A stretch of 52,121 bases of DNA, the filler included, from Thelocarpon superellum (Eukaryota), in NCBI GenBank assembly GCA_026025795.1. It is 2 parts of 2 records of this genome, joined end to end, with 100 filler letters (N's around TTAATTAATTAA, not from the genome) between each part and the next. Parts side by side here need not be neighbours in the genome. Positions count along the whole stretch, not along the records: positions 1 to 26,068 come from JAPEUG010000259.1; positions 26,169 to 52,121 come from JAPEUG010000260.1. The stretch is one strand, 5' to 3'. The notes beneath the pieces are model-generated. The model worked only from the letters and a program-made list of their open reading frames with translations. It did not search any database and had not been told where the DNA came from. Position 1 is the first letter of the stretch. Each line of letters opens with the position of its first letter. Below, piece by piece: positions 21,256 to 34,964 of this stretch. A program made the position numbers and the translations under genes.

Positions 21256-23674
21256 ATGGCGGCCACGTCGAGCCTTTGGCGGCGAATCACACGCTACCCG
21301 CGGCATTCTCCATCGGCATCTTCCGCTCCCACCCCAGGTAGTGTAACCGGCCCCGGCGGTGCAGCCGACGCGACCGACGCGACCACCACTGCCCACGCGC
21401 CTGTAATGGCCTCGAGTGTGGGCAACGCCGATAATGGCACGGGACCAGTGGTGCCCCCAGCGGCCTCGTCCGATCCATCCGTGACCAAAGCCTCCAATCC
21501 TTCGTCGGAGAGTTCGGCGCTTGAGGATGCACCCGTCGAGCAATCCGCCCCAGCGGGCCTTCCCGACCCGACCCAACCGACGACTGAGACCGAGACGACA
21601 GAAAAAGGTCCGGCCAATGGCCAGGTTCCAGAAGATGAGAAACCTCGCCCCACCGACCCAGGCGCCGCCCCGGGAACCAAGGGCGAGGAGCAAGAAGACG
21701 TCGAAGACACCTCACAGTATCCGGCGGGATGGGCACTGGCTGTCTTGACTTTTGGCTTAGCCATGGCCATCTTTGTGGTACGGTCGGGAACAGGGCCTTT
21801 CATTGCGTCATATCCGCTGACAATTTCCGTCACAGGTGGCCCTGGACAACACCATCATCGGTGCGTGTCCACCGACTCTAGACCAATTGGCCTACCGTGG
21901 TTGCTGACCATGTGCAGCGACGGCGATTCCCAAAATCACCACCGTCTTCGATTCGCTCGACGATGTGGGCTGGTATGGCTCGTCGTATCTCCTCACGACG
22001 ACGTCGCTACAGCCGTCTTTTGGCAAGATCTACGCCAACTTCAACGTCAAGTGGACCTATCTCATCGCACTGTCAATTTTCGAACGTGCGTTGAGTCTAT
22101 CCTTGTTGCTTCCCGTGCCTGGCTGACGCATGCAGTGGGGTCGATTATCTGTGCCGCGGCGACCAGCTCGCAGATGCTCATCGTCGGACGCGCCGTTGCT
22201 GGCGCCGGCGCGTCCGCCATTTTCTCGGGGGGCATGACAATCGTCGGTTTCTCGGTGCCGTTGAAGAAGAGGCCCATCTATATTGCTCTCCTCTCGAGCA
22301 TGTTTGGCATCTCCTCCGTCATCGGACCCATCCTCGGAGGCGCCCTGACCGACAAAGCTACCTGGAGATGGTACGTGGATCAAGTGCCCCTCGGCAGCGA
22401 GATCAGCTAACGAATACAGGTGTTTCTGGGTGCGTCACGACATGCTGCGTGATTGATCGATACAACTGACCACGCTCTGCAGATCAATCTCCCATTTGGA
22501 GGCATTGCTCTCGCCACGGTGTTCTTATTCTTCAAGAACCCGAAGCGGAGGGTGAACAACCTCAGCTTGGGCCAGAAGATTCAGGAGATTGACTTGCTCG
22601 GGGCCGCCTTTCTCATCTGCGGTATCGTGTGCCTCTTGCTTGCGCTGCAATGGGGAGGGACCACGTACGCCTGGTCCGACTCCAAAGTGTGGGGCTGCAT
22701 CATCGGGGCGGGGTTGATCATCCTCGTTTTCATCGCGCTTCAATTCTATCGTGGCGATCGAGCGACCATTCCCCCGCGCATCTTCCTCCGGCAACGAAGT
22801 GTATTTTGGAGCAGTTGGTATTCGTGCTTCTTGGTCATGGGCATCTACACGTGAGTGCGTCAGCTTACTGGATGCCATGGTTGCTGACTGCGCCCCTTAG
22901 TCACATCTTCTACCTGCCCTTTTACTTTCAGGTGAAGGGTACTCCTCATGGGCGTCTCGGCCGCGGTACTGACTGGTGCAGGCGGTGAAAGGAACGACGG
23001 CGGAGGGCTCCGGGATCCGATCGATTCCCTACCTGACCAGCATCACCCTCTCGTCCATCGCCATTGGGGGTTCCATTACGGCACTTGGGTGGTATGTGCC
23101 GTTCATGTGGGCCGGCGCCGCCGTCTTCACCGTGGGATGCGGGCTGCTGTACACACTCCAGGTGGACAGTTACGCGGGCAAGTGGATCGGATACCAGCTT
23201 CTGGCCGGGTTTGGTGCGGGCGCCAGTATCCAGATACCCTTCGTCGCGGTCCAGACGGTGCTGAGTTCGACGGACATGCCATCGGGCAACGCCATCGCCA
23301 TCTTCTTCAACACGCTCGGGGGCGCTATCTCCATCTCGGTGGCGCAGAATGTCTTCTCCAACACGCTCACGCAGGAGATTCCCAAGCACACCGTCGGTGT
23401 CGACGCCGGCAAAATCATCTCCGCCGGCGCGACGCACGTGCGCGAGATCACCGCGGCCAGCCAGCTCAATGGTGTCTTGATCGCCTACGACATCGCCATT
23501 CAAAAGGCCTTTATTCTGCCTATCGCCGTCGGTGGCATTGCCTTGATCTGTTCATTCTTCGTGAGGCCTTCTCCTCTCCTTCCCCCTCGTGGCACCAACT
23601 CAGGCTAATTCCTTCGTGCACAGATGGAATGGAAGAGCGTCAAGGGCAAGAAGATTCTCCCTCCGGGAGCGTAG
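21256..23674 (+). CDS. MFS drug:H+ antiporter (DHA2, 14-TMS) efflux transporter
   Basis: [68 protein letters not shown]; many short introns. Start at 21256 or 21406. Confidence 0.92.
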
Positions 23675-24140
23675 AGCTACTGACCATGGATGCATACAAT
23701 CGCTCAAACATGTCTACAAGAGAGATTGGTCTGGAAGGGGAGGTATCGACTAGACGTAGGGGCGGGATAGTTCTATCGTTCATCCTGGCAGTTTCTTGTC
23801 CCTTTCGGTTTCTACTTCGACATGTAACGTTCTGGACTGAAATCCCCTTTTCATTCTCTGCATATACAGCTCATTCTCATACATGTTGGCCAGAGGAGGG
23901 TAGAAAGTAGGATAGGTGACAGATTGATGTAATTGGTTCAATAAGACATAGCGTGAGGATTCACAGACATGCACATGCGTACATTCTTGCATAGATGAGA
24001 AAATGAGAGATGGTCATCTCACAGGGAAGCTCTATTACAGCATGAAGAAGGAAGGAACAGCAGGAACGCATGGCATGAAAAGGCACAGTAACGAGGTTTG
24101 GATAAGACAAACGCTCGATCAAAGCTTTCACACGTGGTGT

Positions 24141-24141
<1 letters not shown>

Positions 24142-24220
<79 letters not shown>
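24142..24220. repeat. (GAT)n microsatellite
   Basis: About 26 perfect GAT units in the region between convergent genes. Confidence 0.97.
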
Positions 24221-24681
24221 TGCAGATGAACATGATGCGTGTCCTATACAAACGTGGGGTATCTTACCCTAACGGGAGCGCATAAGTCCTGTCTGGTTGC
24301 TACTCCTGCTGCGCCGTTGCAGGGAGATATAATGGTGTGGATGAACGATGACGAGCATGATCGACGTAGAAGAGCTGGATGTAGAGGTGGATGTGGAGGT
24401 GTTTGCGGACGCGGATGCAGACGAAGGGAACGGGCCATGCTTGATTCAATCATCCTGCATAGTATCATGAAGCTGCTTCTTCCCTTCTACGAATGAAGCT
24501 GGTGGATGGTTGAACGAGTGCGGTGTGCGCCTCACCAACGCTTTTTGCTCTTGCGTGTACTTCAAGGTAGGGAATCTGCTTGCCCTCTCCACGCCACCGG
24601 AAGCTCCGGTCATGTGCGAATGTCACGTTGTAGAGCAATAGCAATAGGCAGCCGAGGGATTCTTCAATTTGGATTCCTTTC

Positions 24682-25695
24682 TCATACAGGGTCATCGGTG
24701 TATGGCTCTCCAGCCGGTGCTGGAGGCTCGGGAGGATCTCGCTGCTCTCTGTGCAGGTCCGCCGCCCACAGAGCGGCCCCAGCGGCCGAGGTGAGCAGGA
24801 AAAGCATGGAGAAGAGCGGTATCAGCTGCAATGTCAGCGCCACCGTGCCAAACCTGAGCGACCGATCCGAGAAGTCAGTCGTGGGCAAACGAGCGGGGGG
24901 TGCATCCAACCAACCAGGTGTAACGTAACCGCCACCGCCGAATGGACTCATTCCGCTCCTTCCGATGGTAGCCCAAGAGTTTGAAGTACCGCCAGTGGTG
25001 AAAGGGGCCCATGGCCCGGCCCGTCAGGATCAAGTAGGCTGGCGTACCCACGAGGGGAATCAAGTTGAGAGGCAGGTACACGATGCATTCCCAGGTGAGC
25101 CGGATCGAAAAGGGCATATACTGCACAGAGCTGGTGGGTCGGCCAAGCATCTTGACCGGATCGGATGCATGCTCGTCAATCTGCCGCGTGGGTGAGACCA
25201 GATCGAGCAGACCCTCCTTGATGAAGACCTATGTTCACATCAGCCGTGCACGTCGTCGCCCCACCACGCAAGACTCGGTACCGCATCGAAGACGTCCGCC
25301 TGCGTCTCGTCGACAAACCATGCCTCGAAGAGCAGGGCAATGATCACCGACCCTTCCCCGAGCACCAAGAAGGCCGCGTTAAACCAGGCGAGGCGACCGT
25401 GGAAGAGGGCGAGAAAGGCAACCTGCGGGAGGTAGGTGAAGAGGAAGAGGATGGCGAGGATAACGATGGAGAGGAGTAGGCAGGGGATCAAGCGGGCTTT
25501 GAGGAGCGGCCAGAGGAATGGATGCGTGGCAAAGTACGTGATGCCCTGGTGCACATCATCCGCCCGCCGTCAGTTCCTTCATCTGCCGCGTGGACGAGAG
25601 ACGCCCACCTTGAGAGGGTACAGCCACGACCAGCCTGCCATGTTCCGTCGCGGCCGAGGGCCAGGTGTTGCCTCTTGGGCGGGCGAAGGGCTCAT
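24682..25695 (-). CDS. RRT8/LDS-family (EI24-like) membrane protein, outer-spore-wall related in yeast
   Basis: WLYPLK-GITYFATHPFLWPL, FTYLPQVAFL, LVLGEG, DVFDAV, LPLNLIPLVG, HHWRYF, FGTVALTLQLIP, AAGAALWA across four exons. Confidence 0.75.
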
Positions 25696-26068
25696 CGTGA
25701 CAACGAAACTGTTCACAGTACGAGACAGACCATGATACTACTACTTGGGCAAGGTGTTACGACAATGTAGACATCACTGCCTCCGATGAGGTTGCACTGG
25801 CGTCAACAGTGGTCGCTCCTTATCCCTTCGAGGCGTAAGGGTCGGCGTGGCGCCCCGCGATTTGAGAAACATGACAAAACCCGCTTCGTGACCATGCTGA
25901 GCCCACCTGACCTCGCCTGGGCACGGGCACCCGCACCCGCACCACCCCACCACGCTTTTCCTCGTCCGAGTGCGCTGTCAGTGGTTGACAAAGGTCAGCA
26001 CCCTCCTCTGCACCCTCCTCTACCGGCTCGACGTAGATTAAGAGCGGATAGGCCACAGAGGTGCCGGG

Positions 26069-26168
26069 NNNNNNNNNNNNNNNNNNNNNNNNNNNNNNNN
26101 NNNNNNNNNNNNTTAATTAATTAANNNNNNNNNNNNNNNNNNNNNNNNNNNNNNNNNNNNNNNNNNNN
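26069..26168. other. Assembly spacer: N44-TTAATTAATTAA-N44
   Basis: Exactly 100 bp and symmetric; the central 12-mer gives stops in all six frames, typical of an artificial contig linker. Confidence 0.95.
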
Positions 26169-26804
26169 CACATGCAGCAGCTCCACCTCAGATCCTAGTC
26201 GCTGGCTGCATGGAATCGGGAATTGGGAATCGCGAATTCGCTACGCAAATTCGCGAATTTCGGATGTGTCGCACTCGGCGTTATAGTCCGTCGTACTCAA
26301 GGTAGCCAACCGAACCGGTAATGCAATTTTCGTCGACTACTCACCAGGGGTCGGGAGAGCGACCAGAGACTGCGGGTTACGTGACGGCCAAAGCCAAATT
26401 CGAGAGGGGCAAGAGCGAGGCATCCATTTATTTCTTCCGTTTCTCGGTCTGCTGGGCAATGTACGCTAGACACATCAAAGTGGCAAGTAGGAGCCGTAGT
26501 AATAGTAGCAGTAGCAGTAGCAGTATCAGTCATCCACAAAGGCAGAGGATGCGACGCTTGTGCGAGGCGAATAGATGCAAAACGTCTACCTATCCCATCC
26601 CATCCCATCCCAGCCCAGCCCAGGTGCCGTTCTTCCTGACTCGCCGGACCTCCCGAGCTTTTTCCGCATAACGCGATTCTGCACGTCGTCCAAAAGAAAA
26701 GATGAGGTGGACATGGCACATCACATCTGCACAACCACCCATCTGACCCTCGTCCTCGCACGGTCCGGGCTTTTCCGAGATACTGCCGATCATCACGCAT
26801 CTCG

Positions 26805-29622
26805 CTATCGCGGGCCAAGCGAGAGACCGTGGAAGGAGGCGGTCAACCCCTCGTTGCCCGCCAGCTGCGCACGTCGGTCAACGTTGTGGTCGAAGTAGGA
26901 CGGGCCGCGCGAGGGCCCGGGCCGGAAGCCACCAAAGTCGACAGGGCGAAACTCGGCGAGCCCGTCGGCCACGGGCGGCATGCTCCGCCCATACTCCGCC
27001 GGCCCGCCGGGCGATACTCGCGGCGCCGGCCCGTATGAAGGCGCAGTGTAGGCGAACGGAGTCGCGAGCGTCGCCAGCGCCGGACCCAGCCGGTCCGGAC
27101 CATGCTCGACCGGGCGGGCAAACGAAGGGGCGAAGCCACGGTACGGCCCCAGGGGCACGTGCGGCGACGCGTCGGGCGTCGGATGGTGCTCTGCCAGCCC
27201 CTCCGCTCCGACTCCTAGCGCCCCCGGCCCAATTCCACTCGGGGGCTGTAGGCCGGCTGACGGGGTCGCAAACGAGGCCGGGTTGATGGCCGACATCCAG
27301 ATCCGCGTCTTGTAGATCTTGAACAGATCCGTCACCAGCGAGTTGAAGTTGATGTATGCGTCGGCGAAGTAATAGAACGTCAGCTTTTTCCAGTCCCTGC
27401 AGGCGCGCCGGGCGGGTCAGCATCGGCCACGCAAGCCACGACCCGAAGCAGCGTCACGTACACTTGGAATTCGGCGTCGAGCACCTCCATCTGCAGACGA
27501 TGCTCCACCACCTTCTGCTGGCACACGCGCTTGGCTTTGGCCTCGTTACCTTCTTTGTCCCGTAAGGACTGGACCTCGTGGTGCTGCGCGAGCCGCTTGA
27601 TCATCTTGGGCTTCAACTCGCCGCTCGTCGGCTCATGCGCGCCGCGTTGTCCACCCTGGGGACCCATGCCGCCCACCGCGCTGCCCACCGCCCCATGGTT
27701 GGACAGCAGCCCACCGTGACCGATGCCCGTCCCATTCTCCGCTTGACCCGAATGGCGCGAGAAGAGCATGAGCCATTTGTAGTGCTCTTCGGCGAACTTC
27801 TCTTTCCAGAATTTGGCCTCGTTCCACGTCACGTTGACCTGCGCCACCGTGCCGAGATCAGTGCCGCGATCGGCCTCGACGATGACCATGTCGCCCGTGT
27901 TGACCTCCAACCCTGTGCCCTCTTGGATGTAAAAGACGTCGCTGCGACAGCACTTGAAGGTGACGACACAGAGTAGCTGGTCTTGCCGCGGCTGCGCCAG
28001 GCCTGCATGTGGGCTGAGCCCGGCCATCCCCCGTCCAACCCCGTTCGTGGGCGAGGGCGGTCGGCCACTCCCGTAGCTGCCGCCTTGCATCAGATAGGCC
28101 TGGTGCAACGAGGCGGACGCGGGCACGGGCGCGGATCCAAGGCCATTGCGGGCATTGCTCTCCAACTGAGAAAAGTAGGACGCTACACGAGTACCAGAGT
28201 TAGCCATCTCGATCCACCGTGACATGATTGGCAGTACGTACGGGCGTCGCCATCTGGTGTGCGACCGGCGCCGTCCCGATATCGCGCTGGCACCTCGCCA
28301 ATAGAGGTGATCGAGCCGTTCCGTGCTGGCACGTCGGCGAACGAATGTCGTCGACTCTGCGGTCCGTCGGCGACCCCTCCGAAGCCCAGCGAGCTTTGCC
28401 AGTGCCCCTTCTTGAGGTTCTCGAGCTTGCGATTCTCTGGCTGAGGAAAGCTGGGGAGCCTCGTGTCAAAGGCCGTGCTGTATTCACTGTACCGTCGCAA
28501 GGACGGGCCGGGGCCGTTGAAACCCTGTCGATCCTCCAGCTCATCGATGGCATATTCCGACTCCTCCGGCACCGGCTCATCCACCCGGTGGCCGATGCCC
28601 GCGCGGTCTTGGCCCAGACCGAAAGGGTTCGACGCCGTATCGCTAGACGCGGCCCGCCCATGGGCAGACGACTTCTCCCACGGCTTCATCGACAACGCCG
28701 CCGCCGCCGTTGATCCCAGTGTGCCGTGCTCCCGGCCGAAGGATTCGACCAAAAGGCCGTCCGAAGCAGACAAGTGCGCCCCCTGCTGTGAGCCCGAGCC
28801 ATTGGTGCTCTCGTCATCATCGTCGACTTCGCGCACACGATCGAGCGACGTGCCCTCATGAGACAGATCCCCGAGGAGGCTCGGACGATGCGGTCGATGC
28901 TGGAGGCCGGCTGGTTGGTTAGACCTCATCCGGCCTGCCACGTAGGCGCCTGGGAGGTTGGTCGGAACGCCATGGGCCACCTCGTGATCCAGTTGACCCA
29001 CAGAGTAGGACTGAGACCGGTATGTCTTCGGGGTCGGATGTAGCGGGATAGCGAAAGGGATGGTGGAGTCACCAACGTGGTCTCGGCTACCAGGGCTGAC
29101 CATCGCTTCGCCCTCGCTCGTGGGGGGGGAAGCAGGAGGCACGACGCTGGTCGGAGACGGGAGCACCTCGGTCAGGCGTGCCGGAGGTTCTTTGCGGGGT
29201 TCGTTATTCCAGATCCCGCTACCCCACGTAAAGGAGTTATTCGCAGGGTGTGTCCGGCCGACCGCGGCACCTGACAGGCTGCCCCACGTCGCGTCACTCG
29301 ATGGGGGTTGGGCATTCGTGGAGCCGGGGGATAGCGGGCCGCCACTGGCAAACGAGCTCCGTCGTGGCGCATGCGTTTGTACGTCGCTGAGCCACGAGGA
29401 TCGACGGGTTGGCTTGGGGGGCATCGCGTTTGACGACAAGGTGTCACGTCCATGCTTCTCGGCTTCGTCGTCCGACGAGGCGAGCACTTCGGAGTCCGGT
29501 GTCGACTGCCGCCCCACTACGCGCGTCTTCTCCAGCGCGATCTTCCCGTTGCTGTGCGGCCCCCCACCAAAAGAAGAGCGCGAGGGCCTTCGCGCCTGTT
29601 CCGAAGTCACATTGGCGGCCAT
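26805..29622 (-). CDS. PSP1 C-terminal domain protein
   Basis: VTFKCCRSDVFYI, GDMVIVEADRGTDLGTV, PKMIKRLA, MEVLDAEFQ, KLTFYYFA, TDLFKIYKTRIWMSAINP; long Ser/Pro-rich N-terminus; at least two introns. Confidence 0.88.
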
Positions 29623-32600
29623 CTTCTCTCCGATGCGAAATTATGGACGCTGATGACCACGATCAGCCGCTCAAGAGCGGAGATGAGTGGCTGCGTTCGA
29701 CTGCACGCCCGCGGGATTAGCGCCCGGTACTGGAGGAGCACCGACGGGTAGAGGGAGTGAGTAAATCATGATATCTTACCTTCTGAAAGGTCTAGTTGGC
29801 TCAAGTCCGTGAGGGCTTCGAGATCCGGTGATTGGGGTGAGGTGATGATACTGTCTCCTTGCAACGACCGCCTAGATCGGAGCGAGAGATGACGGTGAGT
29901 AGAGCCAACGTGAGAAATCTAAAGAATCATCTGGGGAACAGTGTATGAGTGACGTGGTCTGGGTAGGAAATTTAGAGAGGCGAGCAGGTAACTCTAGATC
30001 TAGAACAGCTGGTATTGTGGCTCGTGATAAGTGGATTCACTGAAACGGAGAAAGTCAAGGGCACTGAACCGGAGACCACCGTTAGCCGCGGCGAAGCGGA
30101 TTGATCCCAGTGAGGGGATATTGACTCACTGTTGAAGCGCTCTCATCCCGGCCGCGAGTCAGTACAGGGCGATCTCCACGCTGGAGGGACTGTCTGGAAA
30201 GGGCGGCTACTCGGGAGCGGCGCGTCGGACCGGTTCTTCCGCGTCACGCATGAAAGTCGCCGCAGGTGCTGGATGGGCTCTCAATCGTTACGTGCTGATG
30301 GCGTTTGACCTGCTGGTGAGGCGTTGGACCGAGCAACGATGATCGCAGGGCCACCAGTCGACGTGCTCTTCTCCCAGCGTAGGATGATGCCGGCCACAAG
30401 CGCGCTAGCTATGTGCGGATGACGGCGAGGGACGAAGGGAGACGATCGGACAGGTCAAGGGTCGTCTGGACCACCGAAGGAAGATGCCTGGGCGTCGATG
30501 CGGAGAGAGTCAAAGCTTGGACCGCCGATGTCACTTTCCGGACGACGAGCCGAACCGCGTCGGGCTGAAGCGTGGCGAAGGTAAGCGGGCACACGAGGAT
30601 GCACAACCGCCGAGTCTGGGGGGGTCTTACGGGTCGCGCTGACGAGAATGACGAGATGAGGCCTGGTCGGGGGCCGGGCGGCGTCGAGTGATGGTGTGCT
30701 CCACGTGTGGTGCGTTCGTGACGTGGAGAGGTTTGAGGTTACCGACGGATTGCTGGGGGGCAACAATGGTAATGTATGCGCAGCCGCTGTTGGAGCTTGT
30801 AGCGGCGGCCACCCGCAGTAGTAAGAGGATGTGCCGTGACGGTGGAGTGACACGGAAAGCGGTAAACTTCACGCTGTGTTGGCCCCGAGGCTTTGGTCGG
30901 CAAGGCTGCGCTGGGCTTCTGGGGATGCTGGGTCGCTGCGTTGGGTTTTCCCTTGGCTGCGCGTGCTCGAGCGCGGCGTCGTGCTGAAGCCTAAACGGCC
31001 GGGTTAGGCGGCGCTGGCGCCGGCGCCGGCGTAGTCGCTCTCGCTGCAGCTAAGCGGGGGACCGCAGGGATTCTGGGGAAGGGGGGGGAGGAGGGTGGGG
31101 AGGGGGAATAGTCGAGAGGGGGGGGCACCGCTTCTGGGGAGCAGCAACCGCCAATCTGCGGAGGCGGAGATGGATCCAGGGCGAAGCTCCCGTCACTGCT
31201 CTGGACACATCAATCACTTCGCCGTCACCATCACGGCTCGTCTGGGCCCTTAAAGAGGATAGAGGAAACGCCGACCGCAGGTAAGACGGTGGTTCGATTA
31301 CAAGATACGCAAGATGCCTGGATGCGCCGAGCTATTCTTGACTCTTGTTGTATCAGATGGCCTTTCTCGTGCATTTCGGCTCAAGTAATGCTTGGTCGCC
31401 TATGGTTTCATGACCGGGAGGCCTTGCGTGCATTGCTACTGAGGGGGGACGGTGACGCCACACTCGTCGGGGCCCTGAAAAGCTCGTCGGGGTCGTGCCT
31501 GTGTCCATCGGGGAAGCCTCCGGATGACAGGGTGCGAGGCTTCCGCTGCGATACGTCCAGACCCTCCCTGCCCGAGCACGTTCGCCTACGGAGTCCTCCG
31601 TATGAGCCCTTCTGCAGAATCCCAAGGAGCCCCTAGGGACGGCTGGCACGCGATCGTTGCGACTCGAGACGATTTTGCACGTCGCGGACAATTGCATTTT
31701 CCCTCGTCGCCACTGATGATACCGGAGGATGAATGAACAGCATACTTCCCTCCGATACAAGGGCGACATGCAACGACGAGAGCTCGAGGGGATCTGGATG
31801 AAGAGTGGGAGGTGAGCGACAAGACCTGGAGCTGACCCAATCTGGCCTATTTCGTAGTCCGATCGGATCGGACGGGGGGCAAAGCGCGCGGGCAAATCCT
31901 GCTAGTCGCATGCCAGGGAGAAGACGTCTCTTGCCCCTCCTGGTCCCCCGGGATGTCTGTTTGGTGCTTGCAGCGATCGCGCCGTCGCCTGACCCCAACC
32001 CGTCAGATCCTACGCAGCTAGCTCCTCGTCGTAGGTAATGACAGGCTTTTCCTCTGGACGACTATTACCCCACACTTCGTTTCGTTGCATCTCACTAGCC
32101 ACGCTCCACATTGTGCCTGTTCGCGCAATCCCGGGTCCATCCCAAGCCTGTGGGATTCAAATGGTGTCGCTCGGCGGCGCTCTGGGCGTAGTAGCACGGC
32201 CGGGCGACGGTCACCTACGGCCATCTCCCCCAGAGCGGATACCTTGCTGCACTTGCGATGACGGCCAGGCGATCAGAAGGACGGGCAGAGCGGCTGAGGC
32301 TACGGCCGCGGCGATGGCTCTCACGATCCAGCCATGATGGGGACGTGGCCGATGGACCACTCATGGTGCGGTGGCCACCCCGGTAGACGGTCCGGTCAGG
32401 GGAAGCAGGATCTTGCGGATCGGCGATCGACCCTCGTTTGGCGGTGATCCTGACCCAGCGTGGCTGGGCGGGGTCGCTGGCCGCGGTCGATTTTCGCTCT
32501 CGTGACTCGCGTGCCCTCCGTTCTCCGGCCTATCACTTTCGATTACGCGTGGTAAGAGCCAACCGAGCCTTTGCTTTGGAAGGTACCCGCAAGTATTCAA

Positions 32601-32721
32601 CTCGACTGTTCGACATCGGGACCTTTCAACCCAGAGAGTACCTTCTAGATTCCTTCCAAACCAAACGGGAATCACCGGCTCATGCCATGTGCAGCCGATG
32701 CATGGCGGTTCGCTCTAACTA

Positions 32722-33787
32722 CTACGCCTCCGCCGTATCGAGACTGCCCTTTCCTACCGTCGACGCCACGGCGGCCGGGCCTTTCTGTTGCTTCAACTTC
32801 TCTTCGAAGCGTGCAAATTCTTTCATCGCAATCTCCTCCTCCTGGTCCAAGACCTGGGTGACGCCCTGGACCTCCTCAACCTGTGCGTCCGGAGAGCAAC
32901 GGTCAGCCATCGGTCCATGTTCTGCTCGAGGCAGTCGGTCGGATCATACGTACATAATGCATCAACATGCTCTCGATCCCATTCTTTAACGTGACCGTAC
33001 TCGAGTCACAGGTGCGACACGCGCCCCGCAGCTTCAATGAGACCTGGCCGTGGTCGAAGCCGCGGAACTCAATATCGCCCCCATCCTCCTGAATGGCCGG
33101 GCGGATGCGCGTCTCGAGCAGTTCTTTGATCATGCCCACGACCTCACTGTCGGCCGCGTCGTAGCTCAGCGTGTCGGCCTCGCCCCCTTCCTGTCCGGCT
33201 TCGGTTGACGTGTTTTCCACGACGTTGACGATCGCCTCGCCCGACGTTACAGCCTCGGTGATCAGGCTGAATACTTCCGGCTTCACGTGGGCCCACGGGG
33301 CATCTGCCGCCTTGGTGACCGTGATGAAGTCGGTCCCGTAGAAGACCGAGGTCACGCCGTCGATGTTCATGAGCGCCGCGGCGAGCGGTGAGGGATGTGG
33401 TGGCGCCACGGTCGAGCGAGGTGATAGATATTCAAGAAATGGCGTTGATATACCCTCCGGGAGCACACGGTGGTTTGGGAGGAATTTGAGCGCCTGGCGC
33501 CATCAGTGGTCGACAGATCAACGACGGCTCGCGCTACGTACATCACCATTAGGGGTGCTTTCCGTTTGGATGAAGATGGTTCGGCGCGTCGTGCTGGTCC
33601 AGGGACTGGATGTCGCCGCGGGCCAGCGGAGCGGTTGTGTGGTCGCGCGGGGCGGACCACGAGAATGAGGTGAACGAGCGTATGTCGCGGGCGCGTGGAG
33701 ACATCGTAAGGATGAAGGTATCTTCCGGACCACAGTCGGCGGCCTGGTGGCCTTCACGTCCTGCCGCAGCCTTGAGAGCGCGCGCAT
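32722..33787 (-). CDS. NFU1: Mitochondrial Fe-S cluster scaffold/carrier, NifU-like
   Basis: Arg-rich presequence, IFIQTESTPN-ALKFLP, SPLAAALMNIDGV, IRPAIQEDGGDIEF, LRGACRTCDSSTVTLKNGIE (CxxC); two introns. Confidence 0.95.
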
Positions 33788-33999
33788 CTTCGACCTTCGC
33801 GGCAGCACAGGCAGAGCGTCGGCGAAGTTGGAGGAATTGTCTATCGCTACGCCACCCCATCGACAAGTCGCCGAACCCGATGACGCCAAAATTAGTCAGC
33901 CACATCTCCACCAGACCGAAACGCGCTGAGGTGAGAGGGATGTCCATAGCCGCCGGGAACGCTTTGAATTGAAGATGCTGTGGAAGCCGCTTCGCCACC

Positions 34000-34678
34000 A
34001 TGGCAACATGTGAAGTCTGCTTGTCCAACTCCTCTCGATACAAATGCCCATCATGTCAGATACCCTCGTAAGTAAAGGCTCCGCAGGGGTCTTCGAACAT
34101 GCGTGCGGTAGGTGTCTGATCTTTCGTGTAGCTGCTCCCTGTCGTGCTACAATCAGCACCAAAATGCCCTTGGCCACGGCGGGCCACACTCGCTGGCCAG
34201 CCCTAAGGTTGCCACACAGCGCGAAAGCCATGCCAACACAACGAACATGGCCGGTACATCGAATTTGACAGCACCGTCAGCACGTCCCTTGGAACCCCGT
34301 ACCGACGTGCCAGCCACGGCGGCGTCATCGTTCGTGAGACTGCAGGCGTCAACCGAATTGCAGCAACTCTTCACGCAGTACCCGCAGCTGCGCGCACAGC
34401 TTCGCAGCGTCTACGCGCGCACGCAAGAGCCGCCAGAGGAGATGGTGGAGATCGAACGTGACCTACCTGATCGTGGTCTGGGACGGGGCCGCGGCCGCAG
34501 CCGCGGTCGCAGGGGAAATGGCGGTACAGGTCGGCGTCGTCCGTGGACAGCCGAGGAAGGGATACGTCGCGGTCTTTCTGGCCTCGGCCGCCTGAAAAAT
34601 AGCGAGGGCGTCAATGAATTTCGTGCGTTGGTCATCGGCTGGTGCGGCGTGCCACCAGACGTCCCGCTGGAGACTTAA
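34000..34678 (+). CDS. HIT-type zinc finger protein (Hit1/ZNHIT3-like)
   Basis: Spliced N-terminus MATCEVCLSNSSRYKCPSCQIPS-CSLSCYNQH matches zf-HIT; intron 34068-34131. Confidence 0.8.
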
Positions 34679-34964
34679 GGCATGGGTGCCAACTCATGGC
34701 TAGCCATCCGCGCCGTGGGCCACGCGACCTCCCCCGTCGGGAGGTAGGGGATTACTCTGGAATGAAGTACATAGATGAACTCCCAGGCCGAGTGACCGAC
34801 ACGTCCTCCTCGCCTCCAGCCGTGAGGCGTCTCTCCTTCTATCGAAAATCCGTCCTCCCATCCACAAGTGATCCCATAAGCCTGTCAGAGATGGACGCCG
34901 CAGATGCTTCTTTCATGTCATCGTGAATGTTGGGGCCGTGTTAGACAGTGTTCCGTCCAATTCG

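Noticed and set aside
20458..21693. 411-aa minus-strand ORF and many other long antisense ORFs
   Set aside because: Shadow ORFs typical of GC-rich DNA; they overlap better-supported genes and contain no recognisable motifs.
26113..26124. TTAATTAATTAA palindrome inside the N run
   Set aside because: Assembly linker with six-frame stops, not biological.
31285..31310. GGTTCGA T-loop-like motif suggesting a tRNA
   Set aside because: No cloverleaf stems or A box could be built around it.
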